The notes: generated from the letters alone by a model not told the origin. A stretch of DNA of 64,000 nucleotides from Bdellovibrionota bacterium (GCA_963668355.1 OY764265.1:2321742-2385741); one strand, 5' to 3'. Shown: positions 9,032 to 19,614, numbered from the stretch's first letter. Translations and numbers: made by a program.

Positions 9032-10384
9032 ATGTCGCCAGATATTTTAATCATTGATGATGAACCTTCCTTCGCCAAGTCTCTAAAGCGATGGTTAGAG
9101 AGTAAAGATTATGAAATCGCAATGGCTCATACGGCGACCGAGGGCATCCTGGCCGCCAAGGAGAACCCTCCGAAAGTCATCCTGCTGGATGTGAATCTGC
9201 CGGATCGATCCGGGGTTTCCATTGTTCAGGATCTAAAAAGCATTGATGAAGACATCGGCATCTTGATGGTCAGTGCCTCTGGAGACACGAATGATGTGGT
9301 TTCCTCCATCAAATACGGTGCATCGGATTACATTCCCAAACCTCCAGACCATGTGCATCTTGCTGAAAAAATTTCGAATTTATTGGAAATGCATCGTCAA
9401 AAAAAGACCAAGCGGCAGTTGGATCAGGAGCGTTCCTTTGGGTCGATCATTGGAAATAGCCCCAAGATCGGACAATTGATTTCAGCCATTAGCCGCGTAG
9501 CGACCTCCTCGGCTACGGTTTTGTTACGCGGGGAAAGTGGAACGGGAAAGAACTTAATCGCAAAACTCATTCATGAACATGGATCCAGGAAAAGCGGACC
9601 TTTTGTCACGATTAATTGTGCTGCGATTCCAGATACACTTTTGGAAAGTGAATTGTTCGGACACGAGAAAGGTGCTTTTACAGGGGCGGTGCAAGCCAAG
9701 CCTGGAAAATTTGAGTTGGCGCATGAGGGAACCATTTTTTTGGATGAAATCGGGGAGTTGGCGCATCATCTTCAAGCAAAACTCCTCAGGGTTCTACAGG
9801 GACAAGAGTTCGAGCGTGTTGGGGGGGTTCGTACCAAAAAGGTGGATGTTCGAATCATCACGGCCACGAATCGAAATCTCGAACAGGCGATCCAAGACCG
9901 GAGATTTAGAGAAGATTTATTCTTTCGTTTGAATGTTTTACCCATCGTGATTCCCCCTCTTCGGGAAAGGAAAGATGACATTCCTTTGTTGGCTGAAAGC
10001 TTCATTCAAGAATATGCCCAACGAGAAAATAAAGAATTCAATCCTTTGAGTCTCGAAATCTTAAGTCTTTTAAAAGATTATGATTGGCCGGGAAATATAC
10101 GAGAATTGCAGAACATCATTGAGCGAGCAGTGGTTCTCGGTCGCCAACCGGATTTGAAAAGAGCGGATTTTGCGCTTGGAACGATGGAATCGTTTTCTTC
10201 GGACCCTGTGGCTGAATCTCCCACATCGGTTTCTTCTCTAAAAGATTTGGAATTCCAATCCCTTATGAAGGCTCTTCAAAATTCGAAGGGCAATATTCAG
10301 AAGGCCGCCAATGAATTGGGCATTAGCCGGGGTACCATATATCGGCGTCTTCGGAAGTACAACGTCGACCCTCGCAAGTCTTAG
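9032..10384 (+). CDS. Sigma-54-dependent response regulator (NtrC family; PilR-like by position)
   Basis: REC domain (MSPDILIIDDEPSF...LLDVNLPDRSG). AAA+ sigma-54 interaction domain (GESGTGKNLIAKLIHEHG, ESELFGHEKGAFTGA, GAFTGA-type motif). C-terminal Fis-type HTH (ELGISRGTIYRRLRKY). The track start at 8810 (GTG) gives an implausible 74-aa extension. Confidence 0.9.
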   Translation: MSPDILIIDDEPSFAKSLKRWLESKDYEIAMAHTATEGILAAKENPPKVILLDVNLPDRSGVSIVQDLKSIDEDIGILMVSASGDTNDVVSSIKYGASDYIPKPPDHVHLAEKISNLLEMHRQKKTKRQLDQERSFGSIIGNSPKIGQLISAISRVATSSATVLLRGESGTGKNLIAKLIHEHGSRKSGPFVTINCAAIPDTLLESELFGHEKGAFTGAVQAKPGKFELAHEGTIFLDEIGELAHHLQAKLLRVLQGQEFERVGGVRTKKVDVRIITATNRNLEQAIQDRRFREDLFFRLNVLPIVIPPLRERKDDIPLLAESFIQEYAQRENKEFNPLSLEILSLLKDYDWPGNIRELQNIIERAVVLGRQPDLKRADFALGTMESFSSDPVAESPTSVSSLKDLEFQSLMKALQNSKGNIQKAANELGISRGTIYRRLRKYNVDPRKS

Positions 10385-10408
10385 ATTTCTCCTCCTGTTT
10401 CTGCCCTC

Positions 10409-10423
10409 TGGCCCGATGTTTGC
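10409..10423 (+). promoter_or_regulatory. Candidate sigma-54 promoter upstream of the PilZ-REC / REC pair
   Basis: TGGCCC-gatgt-TTGCT. Only the A-to-C change in the -24 hexamer departs from consensus. Confidence 0.45.
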
Positions 10424-10442
10424 TACAAATTTCTAAAAATTA

Positions 10443-11171
10443 ATGTTCAAGCGGATTTGTGTTTCGAATGGAGTTGGATTGATGAAGATGTGCAAAAAAT
10501 TGGATGCAAGTGCACTGGTTTGGCCCTGTGGATTGCATCGAGATCCTAAAGAATATTCAATTGTTAGTTTATCAACGGAGGGAGTGACGATCCTTGGGGG
10601 GGCATGTTTCCCTAGAAGACAAAATTTACTGTTACGCATCAAGTTGCCCCTTAGGCCCACCAGAAAAGTGAATGCGGTGGTGGTGAACCGATTCAACATC
10701 AATTCGGAGTCTCAACTGATCCGTGTTCGTTTCCGTGAGATGGATGAAGAAACCCGAGAATTGATTCTCAAGCATGTTGAAGCGAAAAGCAAAGAGGTGG
10801 AAAAACATGGAGCCATTCTCATTCTGGATGATTCCATTCAAATTTGCCGGGTACTTGAAGCCCAGATTGCGTCCATGGGAAAAGAAGTGTTTTCTTCAAC
10901 CGACTGCGATGAGGCTTTAAAAAGATTAGGTGCGTGCAATGTTCATCTTGCGATTGTGGACCTGGTTCTGGGAGATCAACAAAGTGGGATAAATATATTG
11001 AAGACCTTGGCCCACTTTTTCCCCGATGTCACGAGGGTGCTCATGTCAGGCTATGTCAATCCAAAGTCGATTCAGGAAAGGTACAAATCGGGACTGGTGC
11101 AAGAGTCCTTGGCGAAACCCTGGGAATTCGAAGATGTTCATCAATTGCTTATGGAAAAGAGTGCGGCGTAA
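10443..11171 (+). CDS. PilZ-domain plus receiver-domain protein
   Basis: N-terminal PilZ-like region (SLSTEGVTILGG resembles the DxSxGG motif). C-terminal CheY-like REC (ILILDDSIQICRVLEAQIA...VDLVLGDQQSG...SGYVNPKS). An alternative start at 10482 has a GGAG RBS. Confidence 0.7.
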   Translation: MFKRICVSNGVGLMKMCKKLDASALVWPCGLHRDPKEYSIVSLSTEGVTILGGACFPRRQNLLLRIKLPLRPTRKVNAVVVNRFNINSESQLIRVRFREMDEETRELILKHVEAKSKEVEKHGAILILDDSIQICRVLEAQIASMGKEVFSSTDCDEALKRLGACNVHLAIVDLVLGDQQSGINILKTLAHFFPDVTRVLMSGYVNPKSIQERYKSGLVQESLAKPWEFEDVHQLLMEKSAA

Positions 11172-11211
11172 TCTTTTTCGCGCGAAAATTGTGGAATGAG
11201 GAAGCTTTCCA

Positions 11212-11592
11212 ATGAAAATGAAATTACTCGCGATTGATGATGAACCGTCCATTCTCCGTATACTGTCACTCACCTTAAAAGAACATTTTGATGTGACGAC
11301 CGCGTCCTCGGCTGTGGAAGGGTTGAAGCTAATGGAGGAGGTGTCTTTCGATATCATTCTTACGGATGAGCAGATGCCGGAAATGAACGGTAGTGAGATG
11401 ATCAAGCTCCTTCGGAAAAGAGGCGATCGGATTCCATGTGTTCTCCTCACCGGGTTTTTGCCTCCCATCGAGGCTCGAAAGCAGCATTTGAATCAAGATT
11501 TGGTGTTTATCTTTCGAAAACCATGGGAAGCCCAAGAGTTGATCGACGCCCTTTCCGAAGCGTGTTGGATGTCCAAGATCAAAGATGCCTAA
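11212..11592 (+). CDS. Single-domain response regulator (CheY-like)
   Basis: KLLAIDDEPSILRIL...IILTDEQMPEMNGSEMI...CVLLTGF. GAGGAAG RBS. Confidence 0.85.
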   Translation: MKMKLLAIDDEPSILRILSLTLKEHFDVTTASSAVEGLKLMEEVSFDIILTDEQMPEMNGSEMIKLLRKRGDRIPCVLLTGFLPPIEARKQHLNQDLVFIFRKPWEAQELIDALSEACWMSKIKDA

Positions 11593-11734
11593 GGGCGTTG
11601 TTGAATAACTAAAGGTTTAGGGGGAGCTCGGAAGCGTTTCGTTTTCTTCGTCGAATGGCTCCCGCGACTTCAGAGGTATTTTCAGAATTTTCAGGAGTTT
11701 GCTGGGGGGAAGGTGAAAAGGAAATCTTCTGGCT

Positions 11735-11820
11735 CCGCTTAATTTCTCCTCCCGAAAACAAAACGCTTCCGCCCCTTAGGCAATTGGAAAGTGGTTTTAA
11801 GGTGGAGGGAAATTAAGCGG
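11735..11820. repeat. Long inverted repeat (17-18-bp arms, about 50-nt spacer) inside a 512-bp non-coding gap
   Basis: Arm 1 is CCGCTTAATTTCTCCTCC (11735-11753). Arm 2 is GGAGGGAAATTAAGCGG (11804-11820). They are reverse complements with one indel. Confidence 0.8.
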
Positions 11821-12104
11821 AAACAGGTCAAATCCAAACTTCCCGGCCCTTCATGTTGAGCCATTCCCGGAACCTTTAAGCCACTTTCCCGCCACCTTCT
11901 TACTTCTGCGGATATTCTAAGTGATTCAACAGCGCCTTAAGAGGATTCAGGCCCCCCTGGGATGCCCGTAAAAAAGTGTTCGCCATGTAAAACCGAATTT
12001 TATATGTTGAAAGCTGACCATGTCCGTTTTCGCACAACATTTATGGATAGATTCTCAGAGCCTTTTTAGACGTTCAAAGGGAAGAAAACCATTGGGCACT
12101 TAAT

Positions 12105-13229
12105 ATGAGGCACGGTGATTATTTCCCGAATTCTCTCTCTTGGGATGGTTTGAGAGAAACTCTTCATACTTTTTCTGTGGCCATGGTGGTGCTCGATCCG
12201 AATACGCTTGAAATTTGCGAATGCAATTCCTCAGTCCTGGAATTGTATGAATACGAAAAAAAGGAACTTCTGGGGATGGACATCACCATCCTTTTTGCTG
12301 AAAGAACGCAATTTCTTCAGAAATGTCAATTGGTGGGGGCTTTGGGAAGAGGACAGAAGTATTCTCATCAACATCTCTCAAAACATGGAGAAGTTCGTGA
12401 CGTAAACGTCCAATTGATACCTCTTAGGATAGAGGGAGTGGAGTACCTTTGTCTGGTGATGCGCGTAAAAGACGATTCTTGTTTCTCCTTGGAGCGACAC
12501 CAGTTTGAGAAAACACTTTTTTTCGAAGATTTTGTGAGGGAATTGAGGCATGGATTAAACAATCAGCTGATGTCTGTTTTAACCCTTTCGGAATTAATGC
12601 TTTCAGAAGGAAACGTTTCTTCGGTCCTGCGAGAGGATTTGGAAAATATCCATCGTGCGGGAGGCGAGATGTCGAAGGTTGTGGAGGCCCTTTCCCTTTT
12701 CCCGAGAGATCGTTCCGAAGATATGAGGGTCGTGGATGTGAATCAATGGCTTCTTCAAATATTTCCCCAACTTCAAAAGATCTTTGAATCTTGGGGTAGG
12801 CTTTCACTGGATTTAGAGGAGAAAAGCGTAGGTCTCTCAGTTCGAATGGATGTCACAAAATGTCAGGAAATGTTGTTGGACCTTGTTAAAAACGCTCGAG
12901 AGTCCATTTCGGCGGAGGGAAAAGTAATCATTTGTACTCGCTTGTTTTCGAAAGGGATCGTGCAGATTCAGGTGAGAGATGAGGGCAGGGGAGTTTCAAA
13001 TGAGGATCAAACACGTGTGTTTGACCCGTTTTTCTCAACCAAGGAAACGGGACGGTTTCGCGGACTGGGGCTTTTCAAGGCGTGGAAGACGATGTTGGAG
13101 CATGGCGGAAGCCTTGGCTTGGAAAGCGAGGAAGGTGTTGGGACGCAGATTTTCGTAAATTTCCCGAAAGTGAGTGCTTCGTTGGAAAGGACTCCAAAGA
13201 AGGCTTTTAGGAGAAGTCCTTCGCTTTAA
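12105..13229 (+). CDS. PAS-domain sensor histidine kinase (cytoplasmic)
   Basis: N-terminal PAS domain. H-box LRHGLNNQLMSVL. HATPase_c motifs (VRDEGRGVS..., GLGLFKAWKTMLEHGGSLGLESEEGVGTQIFVNFP). Confidence 0.85.
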   Translation: MRHGDYFPNSLSWDGLRETLHTFSVAMVVLDPNTLEICECNSSVLELYEYEKKELLGMDITILFAERTQFLQKCQLVGALGRGQKYSHQHLSKHGEVRDVNVQLIPLRIEGVEYLCLVMRVKDDSCFSLERHQFEKTLFFEDFVRELRHGLNNQLMSVLTLSELMLSEGNVSSVLREDLENIHRAGGEMSKVVEALSLFPRDRSEDMRVVDVNQWLLQIFPQLQKIFESWGRLSLDLEEKSVGLSVRMDVTKCQEMLLDLVKNARESISAEGKVIICTRLFSKGIVQIQVRDEGRGVSNEDQTRVFDPFFSTKETGRFRGLGLFKAWKTMLEHGGSLGLESEEGVGTQIFVNFPKVSASLERTPKKAFRRSPSL

Positions 13230-13597
13230 GCGTGTTCCTCGAGTGCCTGGTCAACGGCCCAGCGTAAGTCTTCTGGTTTAAACGGTTTTTGGTAAATGGC
13301 GCTAGGTTTCCAGGCCATGACCTCTTTTTGGGTTCGCTCGGCAAAGCCGGACAATACAATGACGGGCAAATCCGTCAAACCCAAGGTTTCTCGAATGGTT
13401 TTCATCAGTTGCACGCCTGTTTTCTCTGGCATGGCGATGTCTGTGATGCAGACATGAACGTCCTCTTTTTTAAGAATCTCGACGGCCTCATCGTGTGAAC
13501 TGGCATGTTGAAACGTCAGGCCCTTTTTCTTCAAAATGCGTTCGATCATTTTTCTCAGCGGTTGTTCATCATCTACAATCAAAACAGTCTTGGACAT
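13226..13597 (-). CDS. Single-domain response regulator
   Basis: KTVLIVDDEQPLRKMIERIL...VCITDIAMPEKTGVQLM...VIVLSGF. Confidence 0.85.
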   Translation of the reverse strand: MSKTVLIVDDEQPLRKMIERILKKKGLTFQHASSHDEAVEILKKEDVHVCITDIAMPEKTGVQLMKTIRETLGLTDLPVIVLSGFAERTQKEVMAWKPSAIYQKPFKPEDLRWAVDQALEEHA

Positions 13598-13831
13598 GAT
13601 TTAAAACTTTAGTCGGAAACCCGAAATCTTTCTAAGAAAAACGAAAGGTAGGTGAAATCAGCAGGTGATTTTTGACCCCGGGGGGTGAGCTTCTACTCGG
13701 GCCCATTTTTCAAAAATGAATAAAAACAACCACATAGAAAAACGGCCTCCTTTTTGGGTCAAAATCAACCCCGAACTTTTTTGTGCGAGAAAAAAGGTGT
13801 TTAAAATCAAATACTTAAAAACCAGCTGGCT

Positions 13832-13846
13832 TGGCACGAGAAGTGC
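13832..13846 (+). promoter_or_regulatory. Possible sigma-54 promoter in front of the GAF gene
   Basis: TGGCACG-agaa-GTGC has a perfect -24 element with GC kept at -12. It lies only about 16 nt from the ATG, giving a very short leader. Confidence 0.3.
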
Positions 13847-13862
13847 TCTATTGGGAGGTGTC

Positions 13863-14513
13863 ATGAACGTAGAAAAAGTATTCCCAGAAAAAAAACAAGC
13901 TGAAATCAATGCATCTTCTTCTCGCTGCGCTCGGGTATATGAGCAGGCTGCCAGATTCCTGCAGCAATCCATTCCCTTCTCGCTGTCGCCTCAGTCTCAT
14001 CAGCGAGGCATCGGGCTTTTGACTGAGTATCTGGCTTCCATGTTTGCCGTAAGTCAAGATGAAGTGGCTTTCATCGTTTTGGACCCCCAAGGGCAGGACA
14101 TGTTTTTCATAGCGCCACAATATTTGGCCGAGCTGACGTCAAAGATTCCTTTTAATCCTAGAGATTCATTAGCGGGCAGAGCTTTGTGTGACAAGCGCGT
14201 ATTGATCGAAAACCGATCCATTGGAGTCAATCATTTGGCTTATTTTGAACGTGTTCGACCTGCACACGGTCCGGCTCGCCGGATCGAAAAGCTTTTGACC
14301 TACCCCATCATTGTCGGAAAGTCTCCGGTTGGGGTTGTGCAAATTTCTCGAAAAGAGAGGGCTTCTCGGATTCCGCGTGAAAACTTTAAGAAAGAGGATT
14401 TTGGTATCATCGAACAGGTAAGACGTCCCATTCTCAATATCATGCAAGGCGTACGGTCTTTGAAAAGAGATGAAGGTACGCCCGAATTCAAAGGCTTGAA
14501 GTTAAGAGCTTAA
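13863..14513 (+). CDS. GAF-domain protein
   Basis: About 216 aa. GGGAGG RBS. Central GAF-like fold (LASMFAVSQDEVAFIVLDPQGQDMFFIAP...PIIVGKSPVGVVQISRKE). The track start at 13716 is an upstream extension. Confidence 0.6.
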   Translation: MNVEKVFPEKKQAEINASSSRCARVYEQAARFLQQSIPFSLSPQSHQRGIGLLTEYLASMFAVSQDEVAFIVLDPQGQDMFFIAPQYLAELTSKIPFNPRDSLAGRALCDKRVLIENRSIGVNHLAYFERVRPAHGPARRIEKLLTYPIIVGKSPVGVVQISRKERASRIPRENFKKEDFGIIEQVRRPILNIMQGVRSLKRDEGTPEFKGLKLRA

Positions 14514-14525
14514 AGAATTCTGACG

Positions 14526-15134
14526 CTACTTCTTCAGTTTTTCCATCAATTTTTTTTCACATTCTGGACAGATTCCGTGCGAGAAATTCGCCTCTGAATG
14601 GTCAGCAATGTACTCTTCAATGCGAAGCCAGTAATTGTTGTCGTCCCGAATGTTCTTGCAATAACTGCAAATCGGAAGCAATCCTTGAAGTTTTCGAACC
14701 TCCGATAAAGCTTCCTTTAGATCATTCACCTGTTTGGCCAGGGCTCCTTGCAAGTTTAGAATTCGTTCGCCCACCCGAATTCGTGCGATCAATTCGTTCT
14801 TTCGAAACGGTTTCACCAAATAATCATCCACGCCCGCTTCAAAACCTTCGACTATATGTTCCCCTTCGGTCTTGGCCGTGAGGAGTAACACATACTTATT
14901 GTTTCCGTCGGGTTCATTTCGGAGCTGTCGGCAAACATCTACGCCAGTGATTTTAGGCATCATCCAATCCATAACAGCCAGTTTGGGTCCGGAAGGTTCT
15001 CGAAGCGAGTTCCAAGCTTCTTCACCATCCGAAGCGAGTGTGACCTCAAACCCTTCGCTTTGCAGGAGCTTTTCCAGCATTCGACGTGTTACGGGGTCAT
15101 CTTCGGCCACTAAAATACGAGAAGGGTCAGGCAT
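14526..15134 (-). CDS. Response regulator: receiver domain plus C-terminal Cys/His-rich module
   Basis: REC ([19 protein letters not shown]...[14 protein letters not shown]...LLLTAKTE). C-terminal [17 protein letters not shown]...[20 protein letters not shown] at 15134 overlaps the upstream kinase stop, suggesting translational coupling. Confidence 0.8.
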   Translation of the reverse strand: MPDPSRILVAEDDPVTRRMLEKLLQSEGFEVTLASDGEEAWNSLREPSGPKLAVMDWMMPKITGVDVCRQLRNEPDGNNKYVLLLTAKTEGEHIVEGFEAGVDDYLVKPFRKNELIARIRVGERILNLQGALAKQVNDLKEALSEVRKLQGLLPICSYCKNIRDDNNYWLRIEEYIADHSEANFSHGICPECEKKLMEKLKK

Positions 15135-17949
15135 GGGTGATCTCCTGTAGGGCGAGTTTGAATTCTTCCAGTTCCTTCGCAAAAGCCTCAAAGGTTGGGG
15201 GCCCCTCATCCCAATTTTCATCTCGACCAATTTGTTCGAGTTGTTTTGCGAGTGATACCACAGATTGGGCTCCAAAATTGGATACCGAGCCTTTGAAACG
15301 ATGGGAGTTAGCCGCAAGGTCACTCCCATTCTTGTTTTCAACGGCCTTTTGAATTTTCAAGGCTTCTTCGTCGCATATTTCAAGAAAAATACCGGCGATT
15401 TCCTTTAATCCTTCCAAATCCCCTCCAAAGCGATCCAATAATTCATTTTGATTGATCTCGGAATTCTTGGGAAGTTCTTGTTGAACGGTCAAAGGGGAAT
15501 TCTCTTCTTTAAAAAACATCACGCGATCAATGGTTTTGAGTAACTCCTCTGGCCGAAGAGGTTTAGAGATATAGTCATCCATTCCCGCATCCAAGCACAT
15601 TTGTCGATCTCTTTTCATGGCATGTGCGGTCATGGCAACAATGGGTGTGTGTGTTCCTTCAATGCTTTCCTTTTTTCGAATCTCTCGAGTGGCGGACAAG
15701 CCGTCCAGAACAGGCATTTGAACATCCATCAAGATGAGATCGAAAGATGCGCGTTCCAAAATGCCGAGGGCTTCTTTCCCATTTTCAGCGATCGTAACAT
15801 GATGCCCCAGGCTTTTGAGATGCTTTCCTATGACAAGTTGATTGACCGGGTGATCTTCAACGGCCAAAACCGTCAAAGGCTTGGCTTGTGGTTGGGGAGA
15901 GGACTTATGAACGACAGGAGGGAGTTCGAGTTGTGGAGAATTGATTTCAAAAGCGCGGGCAATGTGCGCAAGAATTTCCTGAGAGGTCGCGGGGAAAAAC
16001 ATACATCCGGATAGGTGCATTTTTAACCAAGGGTCTATCGCTTCATTCATATAATTTAGATGTTTGGGATACTTGAGTTTTGTCGTTGTGAGAAGAAGTC
16101 GCGATTTTCTCAATTCGGGATCGCTTCGAATCCAGGCAATCAAATCCGTTCCTTTTGAGTTCAAAAATTCAGGCGTCAAAACGATGAGAGGGATTGTGTT
16201 ATGTGGCTCTCTCAATGCTTTTTGAGCTTGGGTTAAATCATTGAATGTTTGAACGTTCATTTTCCAGAGTTTGAAGTGGTCGAAAAGGACTTTCTGATGT
16301 GGGCTTTCAGGGCCCATTAAAATGGTGGGAAGATCGACCAAGGCTTGTCGGATGACGTTCGTTTGAGAGTCCTGCTGACTCTGGGCAATGGGTAGCGTTA
16401 GAGCGAAAGAAAAACGACTTCCTTTTCCCAATTCGGATTCAAGCGAGATCTTTCCCCCCATGAGATCAACCAATCGAGAAACAATCGCAAGTCCAAGGCC
16501 CGTTCCCCCATATTTGCGTGTCATGGATCCATCGGCTTGACGAAAAGCATCAAATACGAATTGATGTTGATCTGCTGGAATACCGATTCCTGTGTCTGAG
16601 ACTTCAAAGCCCATCTCAACTGTGTTGTCCGTTTGGTTGAGGCGTTTGGCCCGAAGAGCAACCTCACCGGCCTCCGTGAACTTTACGGAATTTCCAGCAA
16701 GATTTGAGAAAATTTGTCGCAAACGCATTTCATCTCCCAACAATCGTCTGGGAATGTTGGGATCGACGTCAACGATGATTTCAACCGATTTTCCTTCAAC
16801 TTGGGTGGTCATGATTTTTCCTACATGTACCAAAAGCGTTTCAAGCTCGAAGCTTCGGGTCTCAAGGGTTAGTTTATTGGCATCCACTTTTGAGAAATCC
16901 AGGACATCATTGACGAGGCTCAATAGAGCTTCCGTGGAGCGTTGAACTTCGGAAAGGTATCCTCGTTGCTCCTGCGAGAGGTCTGTCTCGAGTGCAAAAT
17001 GAGTCATGCCAATGATCCCATTCATGGGGGTCCGAATTTCATGGCTCATATTCGCCAAAAATTGGCTCTTCAATTGAGCCACTTCCTCTGCTCTTTCCTT
17101 TTCTTTCTTTAGTTTTTCATTGGTTTTTACGAGTTCGTGGGTTCGTTTTTCAACCTCCCGTTCAAGGTTCGCCTTGTGGCTTTGAAGCTGATGGTCTCTT
17201 TCTTGGATTCCATCGAGCATTTCATTAAAACCATTGACCAAGATTCCGAGTTCATCTTCAGAGGTTTGTTCTGCACGAATGCTAAAATCCCTCTTCTGAG
17301 AGACGTCTTTGGTTGTATTCACGAGGTGATGAACCGGTTCAATGGCATGTGTTCGTAACCGCCGCGTGGCTCTGAAAACAATTAAGAGGGTGAGAGATAC
17401 AGTGACGAAAGAAATGGCGATATACTCCCACATTCGCTCATAGAGCATGGACCGATCTGCGACGAGAACGAGACGCCCCTCAGGTTCGTTCTTGATGGAT
17501 ATGGGCTGAACATGAACAACCTTACGATTCTTGATTTCAATGGTTTTGAAGAAAATGGATGCATCGAAATGAGCATTGTCAAAGGTTGCTCTACGGTACA
17601 ATGCAAATAGTCGATTTTTGGAATCATAGATGCTTGCTTGAAGAATATAGGCGTCTTGATGCATGGATCGAAGAAGGTCCTTCGCAGTAGCCCGGTCATC
17701 GAAAGTTAATGCGGCGGTGCTTTGATCCGCAACCACTTTCGATAAAATGGATAATTCCGACATGAACTGTTTTTTCATTCGGTGGTAATCCAAGAAGACA
17801 AACAAAGTCGTGGAAAGAAAAACGGTACACGAACAAATGAAGAGAATGATGGAAGAGATTTTTGTGGAAAGAGACCGACGAATTTTCTTTCGAAAAAATT
17901 CGAGAAAGCCGATATTTTTTAACCAATCATGTTGATTCATTGATGCCAT
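15127..17949 (-). CDS. Hybrid sensor histidine kinase (TM-periplasmic sensor-TM-HAMP-HisKA-HATPase-pseudoREC-REC-HPt; BarA/GacS-like architecture)
   Basis: 940 aa with two TM helices flanking an about 150-aa periplasmic region. H-box [16 protein letters not shown]-box [21 protein letters not shown] ([13 protein letters not shown]...[11 protein letters not shown]). C-terminal HPt with the SHRFKGS motif. Confidence 0.9.
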   Translation of the reverse strand: MASMNQHDWLKNIGFLEFFRKKIRRSLSTKISSIILFICSCTVFLSTTLFVFLDYHRMKKQFMSELSILSKVVADQSTAALTFDDRATAKDLLRSMHQDAYILQASIYDSKNRLFALYRRATFDNAHFDASIFFKTIEIKNRKVVHVQPISIKNEPEGRLVLVADRSMLYERMWEYIAISFVTVSLTLLIVFRATRRLRTHAIEPVHHLVNTTKDVSQKRDFSIRAEQTSEDELGILVNGFNEMLDGIQERDHQLQSHKANLEREVEKRTHELVKTNEKLKKEKERAEEVAQLKSQFLANMSHEIRTPMNGIIGMTHFALETDLSQEQRGYLSEVQRSTEALLSLVNDVLDFSKVDANKLTLETRSFELETLLVHVGKIMTTQVEGKSVEIIVDVDPNIPRRLLGDEMRLRQIFSNLAGNSVKFTEAGEVALRAKRLNQTDNTVEMGFEVSDTGIGIPADQHQFVFDAFRQADGSMTRKYGGTGLGLAIVSRLVDLMGGKISLESELGKGSRFSFALTLPIAQSQQDSQTNVIRQALVDLPTILMGPESPHQKVLFDHFKLWKMNVQTFNDLTQAQKALREPHNTIPLIVLTPEFLNSKGTDLIAWIRSDPELRKSRLLLTTTKLKYPKHLNYMNEAIDPWLKMHLSGCMFFPATSQEILAHIARAFEINSPQLELPPVVHKSSPQPQAKPLTVLAVEDHPVNQLVIGKHLKSLGHHVTIAENGKEALGILERASFDLILMDVQMPVLDGLSATREIRKKESIEGTHTPIVAMTAHAMKRDRQMCLDAGMDDYISKPLRPEELLKTIDRVMFFKEENSPLTVQQELPKNSEINQNELLDRFGGDLEGLKEIAGIFLEICDEEALKIQKAVENKNGSDLAANSHRFKGSVSNFGAQSVVSLAKQLEQIGRDENWDEGPPTFEAFAKELEEFKLALQEITHA

Positions 17950-18009
17950 TTTTTTTGATGCGTGAAATCCATATCAAAACGATGGATTCATCTCTATTTT
18001 CACGGCATC

Positions 18010-19614
18010 CTAATTTTCGTCGTTGTGAAGCGTTTTGTAAACAAGATCGAGGAGGTCGCTGGCCGCGAAGGGTTTTTGGATGAATGGCCAGTTGTTCTCC
18101 AGAAGGCCTCGCTTTTTAATCATATCTTGAGAATATCCAGACATGTGAATGACCCGGGTTCGAGGACGGTGAATGAGGAGTTCCTTGCTCAGGATTTTTC
18201 CGTTCATATTGGGCATGATCAGATCGGTTAGAGCCAGGTCAATCTCTCCTTCATGTTCTTGGCAAATTTTTAAGGCTTCCAGGGGTTGGCGTGCGCCCAA
18301 AGATTTATAACCGTTTTCATCCAATATGCGACAAATGACGCGAAGAAAGACCGGGTCATCCTCTACCACGAGAACCGTTTCCTTTTTTCCTTGAAGAGGC
18401 GTGGAGGTTTGCTCAATGCTTTTTTGAATTTCATCCAGTTTCGCGACGGGGAAATAAATTTTCACGGTGGTCCCAATATTGGGTTCCGAATATAGCCAGA
18501 TATAGCCACGAGATTGTTTGACAATGCCATAGACGATGGCAAGACCTAACCCCGTTCCGTTGTCTTTGGATTTCGTTGTGAAAAATGGCTCAAGACTTCT
18601 TTCCAAAATATCCGGTTCCATCCCACAACCGGTGTCTGTGACGCCAACGTATACGTAGGAACCCGGTTTCATTGGCTCTTTGTACATCGTATAGGCATGA
18701 TCAAAATGAACATTGGCGGTTTCAATATTGATTCTTCCGCCGTGAGGCATGGCGTCCCGAGCGTTTACGATTAGATTCAGAAGAACTTGGTCGAGGTAGC
18801 CTGCGTCGAGTTCAATGGGGGCTAAGTTCTCTTCCAAGCGCATATCGAGTTTGACTTCGGCCCCAATCGTTCTGCGAAAGAACTTTTCCAAGCTTCCAAT
18901 TTGTTCATTGAGATTGATGACTTCCGGCTGTACGGGGTCTTTTCGACTGAAAAGAAGCAAACGTCGAGTCAGTCCGACGGCACGCTTGGCGGAGGTTATG
19001 ATCTCGTTGACGTCCTGGGCTTCTTGAGAATCTTCCTCCAAACTCTGCGTTAGAAAGCTCGCGTAGTTGAGAATGACCGAGAGGATATTATTGAAGTCAT
19101 GCGCAACGCCCCCGGCCAACTGGCCAATAGCATCCATTTTTTGAGCCTGGCGCAATTGCTTTTGGAGTGTGGCTTGTTCTTCCATATCTTTGAAAATCGC
19201 GGCAAACACTCTTCCGGAAGAATGTTTTGAAGAGCCGATGGAAATTTGCAAAGGAAAGGAGGTTCCGCATCTTCGTTTTCCAGGGTATTCCTGCGTGAGA
19301 TCCAAGGCGTTCGAATTTTCATAGTCTCTGAGTATGGCTTGGGAAAAGCTCGCCCCTTCTTGAGAAAAATCTTCTTCCACCAAAATATCCAGAGGCTTTC
19401 CGATGACTTCACTGGCGTCGTATCCGAAAATCCGCTCCGCGCTGGGGCTGAACCAAAGGATTTCTCCTTTTTCATTGAACGTGACAATCCCATCAATGCT
19501 GGCTTCTTGAATGGCCTTCCATTGAGATTCGGTGATTTCCGATTGAGCTAAATGCTCTTTGGGTTCTGGGTGTTCGATCTTGAGAGAATATACGTTTGGT
19601 TGGAGTTTTGACAT
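18010..19614 (-). CDS. PAS-histidine kinase-receiver hybrid kinase
   Basis: PAS domain. H-box GGVAHDFNNILSVI. HATPase_c (DTGCGMEP..., [13 protein letters not shown]). C-terminal REC (VLVVEDDPVFLRVI...LTDLIMPNMNG). Confidence 0.9.
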   Translation of the reverse strand: MSKLQPNVYSLKIEHPEPKEHLAQSEITESQWKAIQEASIDGIVTFNEKGEILWFSPSAERIFGYDASEVIGKPLDILVEEDFSQEGASFSQAILRDYENSNALDLTQEYPGKRRCGTSFPLQISIGSSKHSSGRVFAAIFKDMEEQATLQKQLRQAQKMDAIGQLAGGVAHDFNNILSVILNYASFLTQSLEEDSQEAQDVNEIITSAKRAVGLTRRLLLFSRKDPVQPEVINLNEQIGSLEKFFRRTIGAEVKLDMRLEENLAPIELDAGYLDQVLLNLIVNARDAMPHGGRINIETANVHFDHAYTMYKEPMKPGSYVYVGVTDTGCGMEPDILERSLEPFFTTKSKDNGTGLGLAIVYGIVKQSRGYIWLYSEPNIGTTVKIYFPVAKLDEIQKSIEQTSTPLQGKKETVLVVEDDPVFLRVICRILDENGYKSLGARQPLEALKICQEHEGEIDLALTDLIMPNMNGKILSKELLIHRPRTRVIHMSGYSQDMIKKRGLLENNWPFIQKPFAASDLLDLVYKTLHNDEN

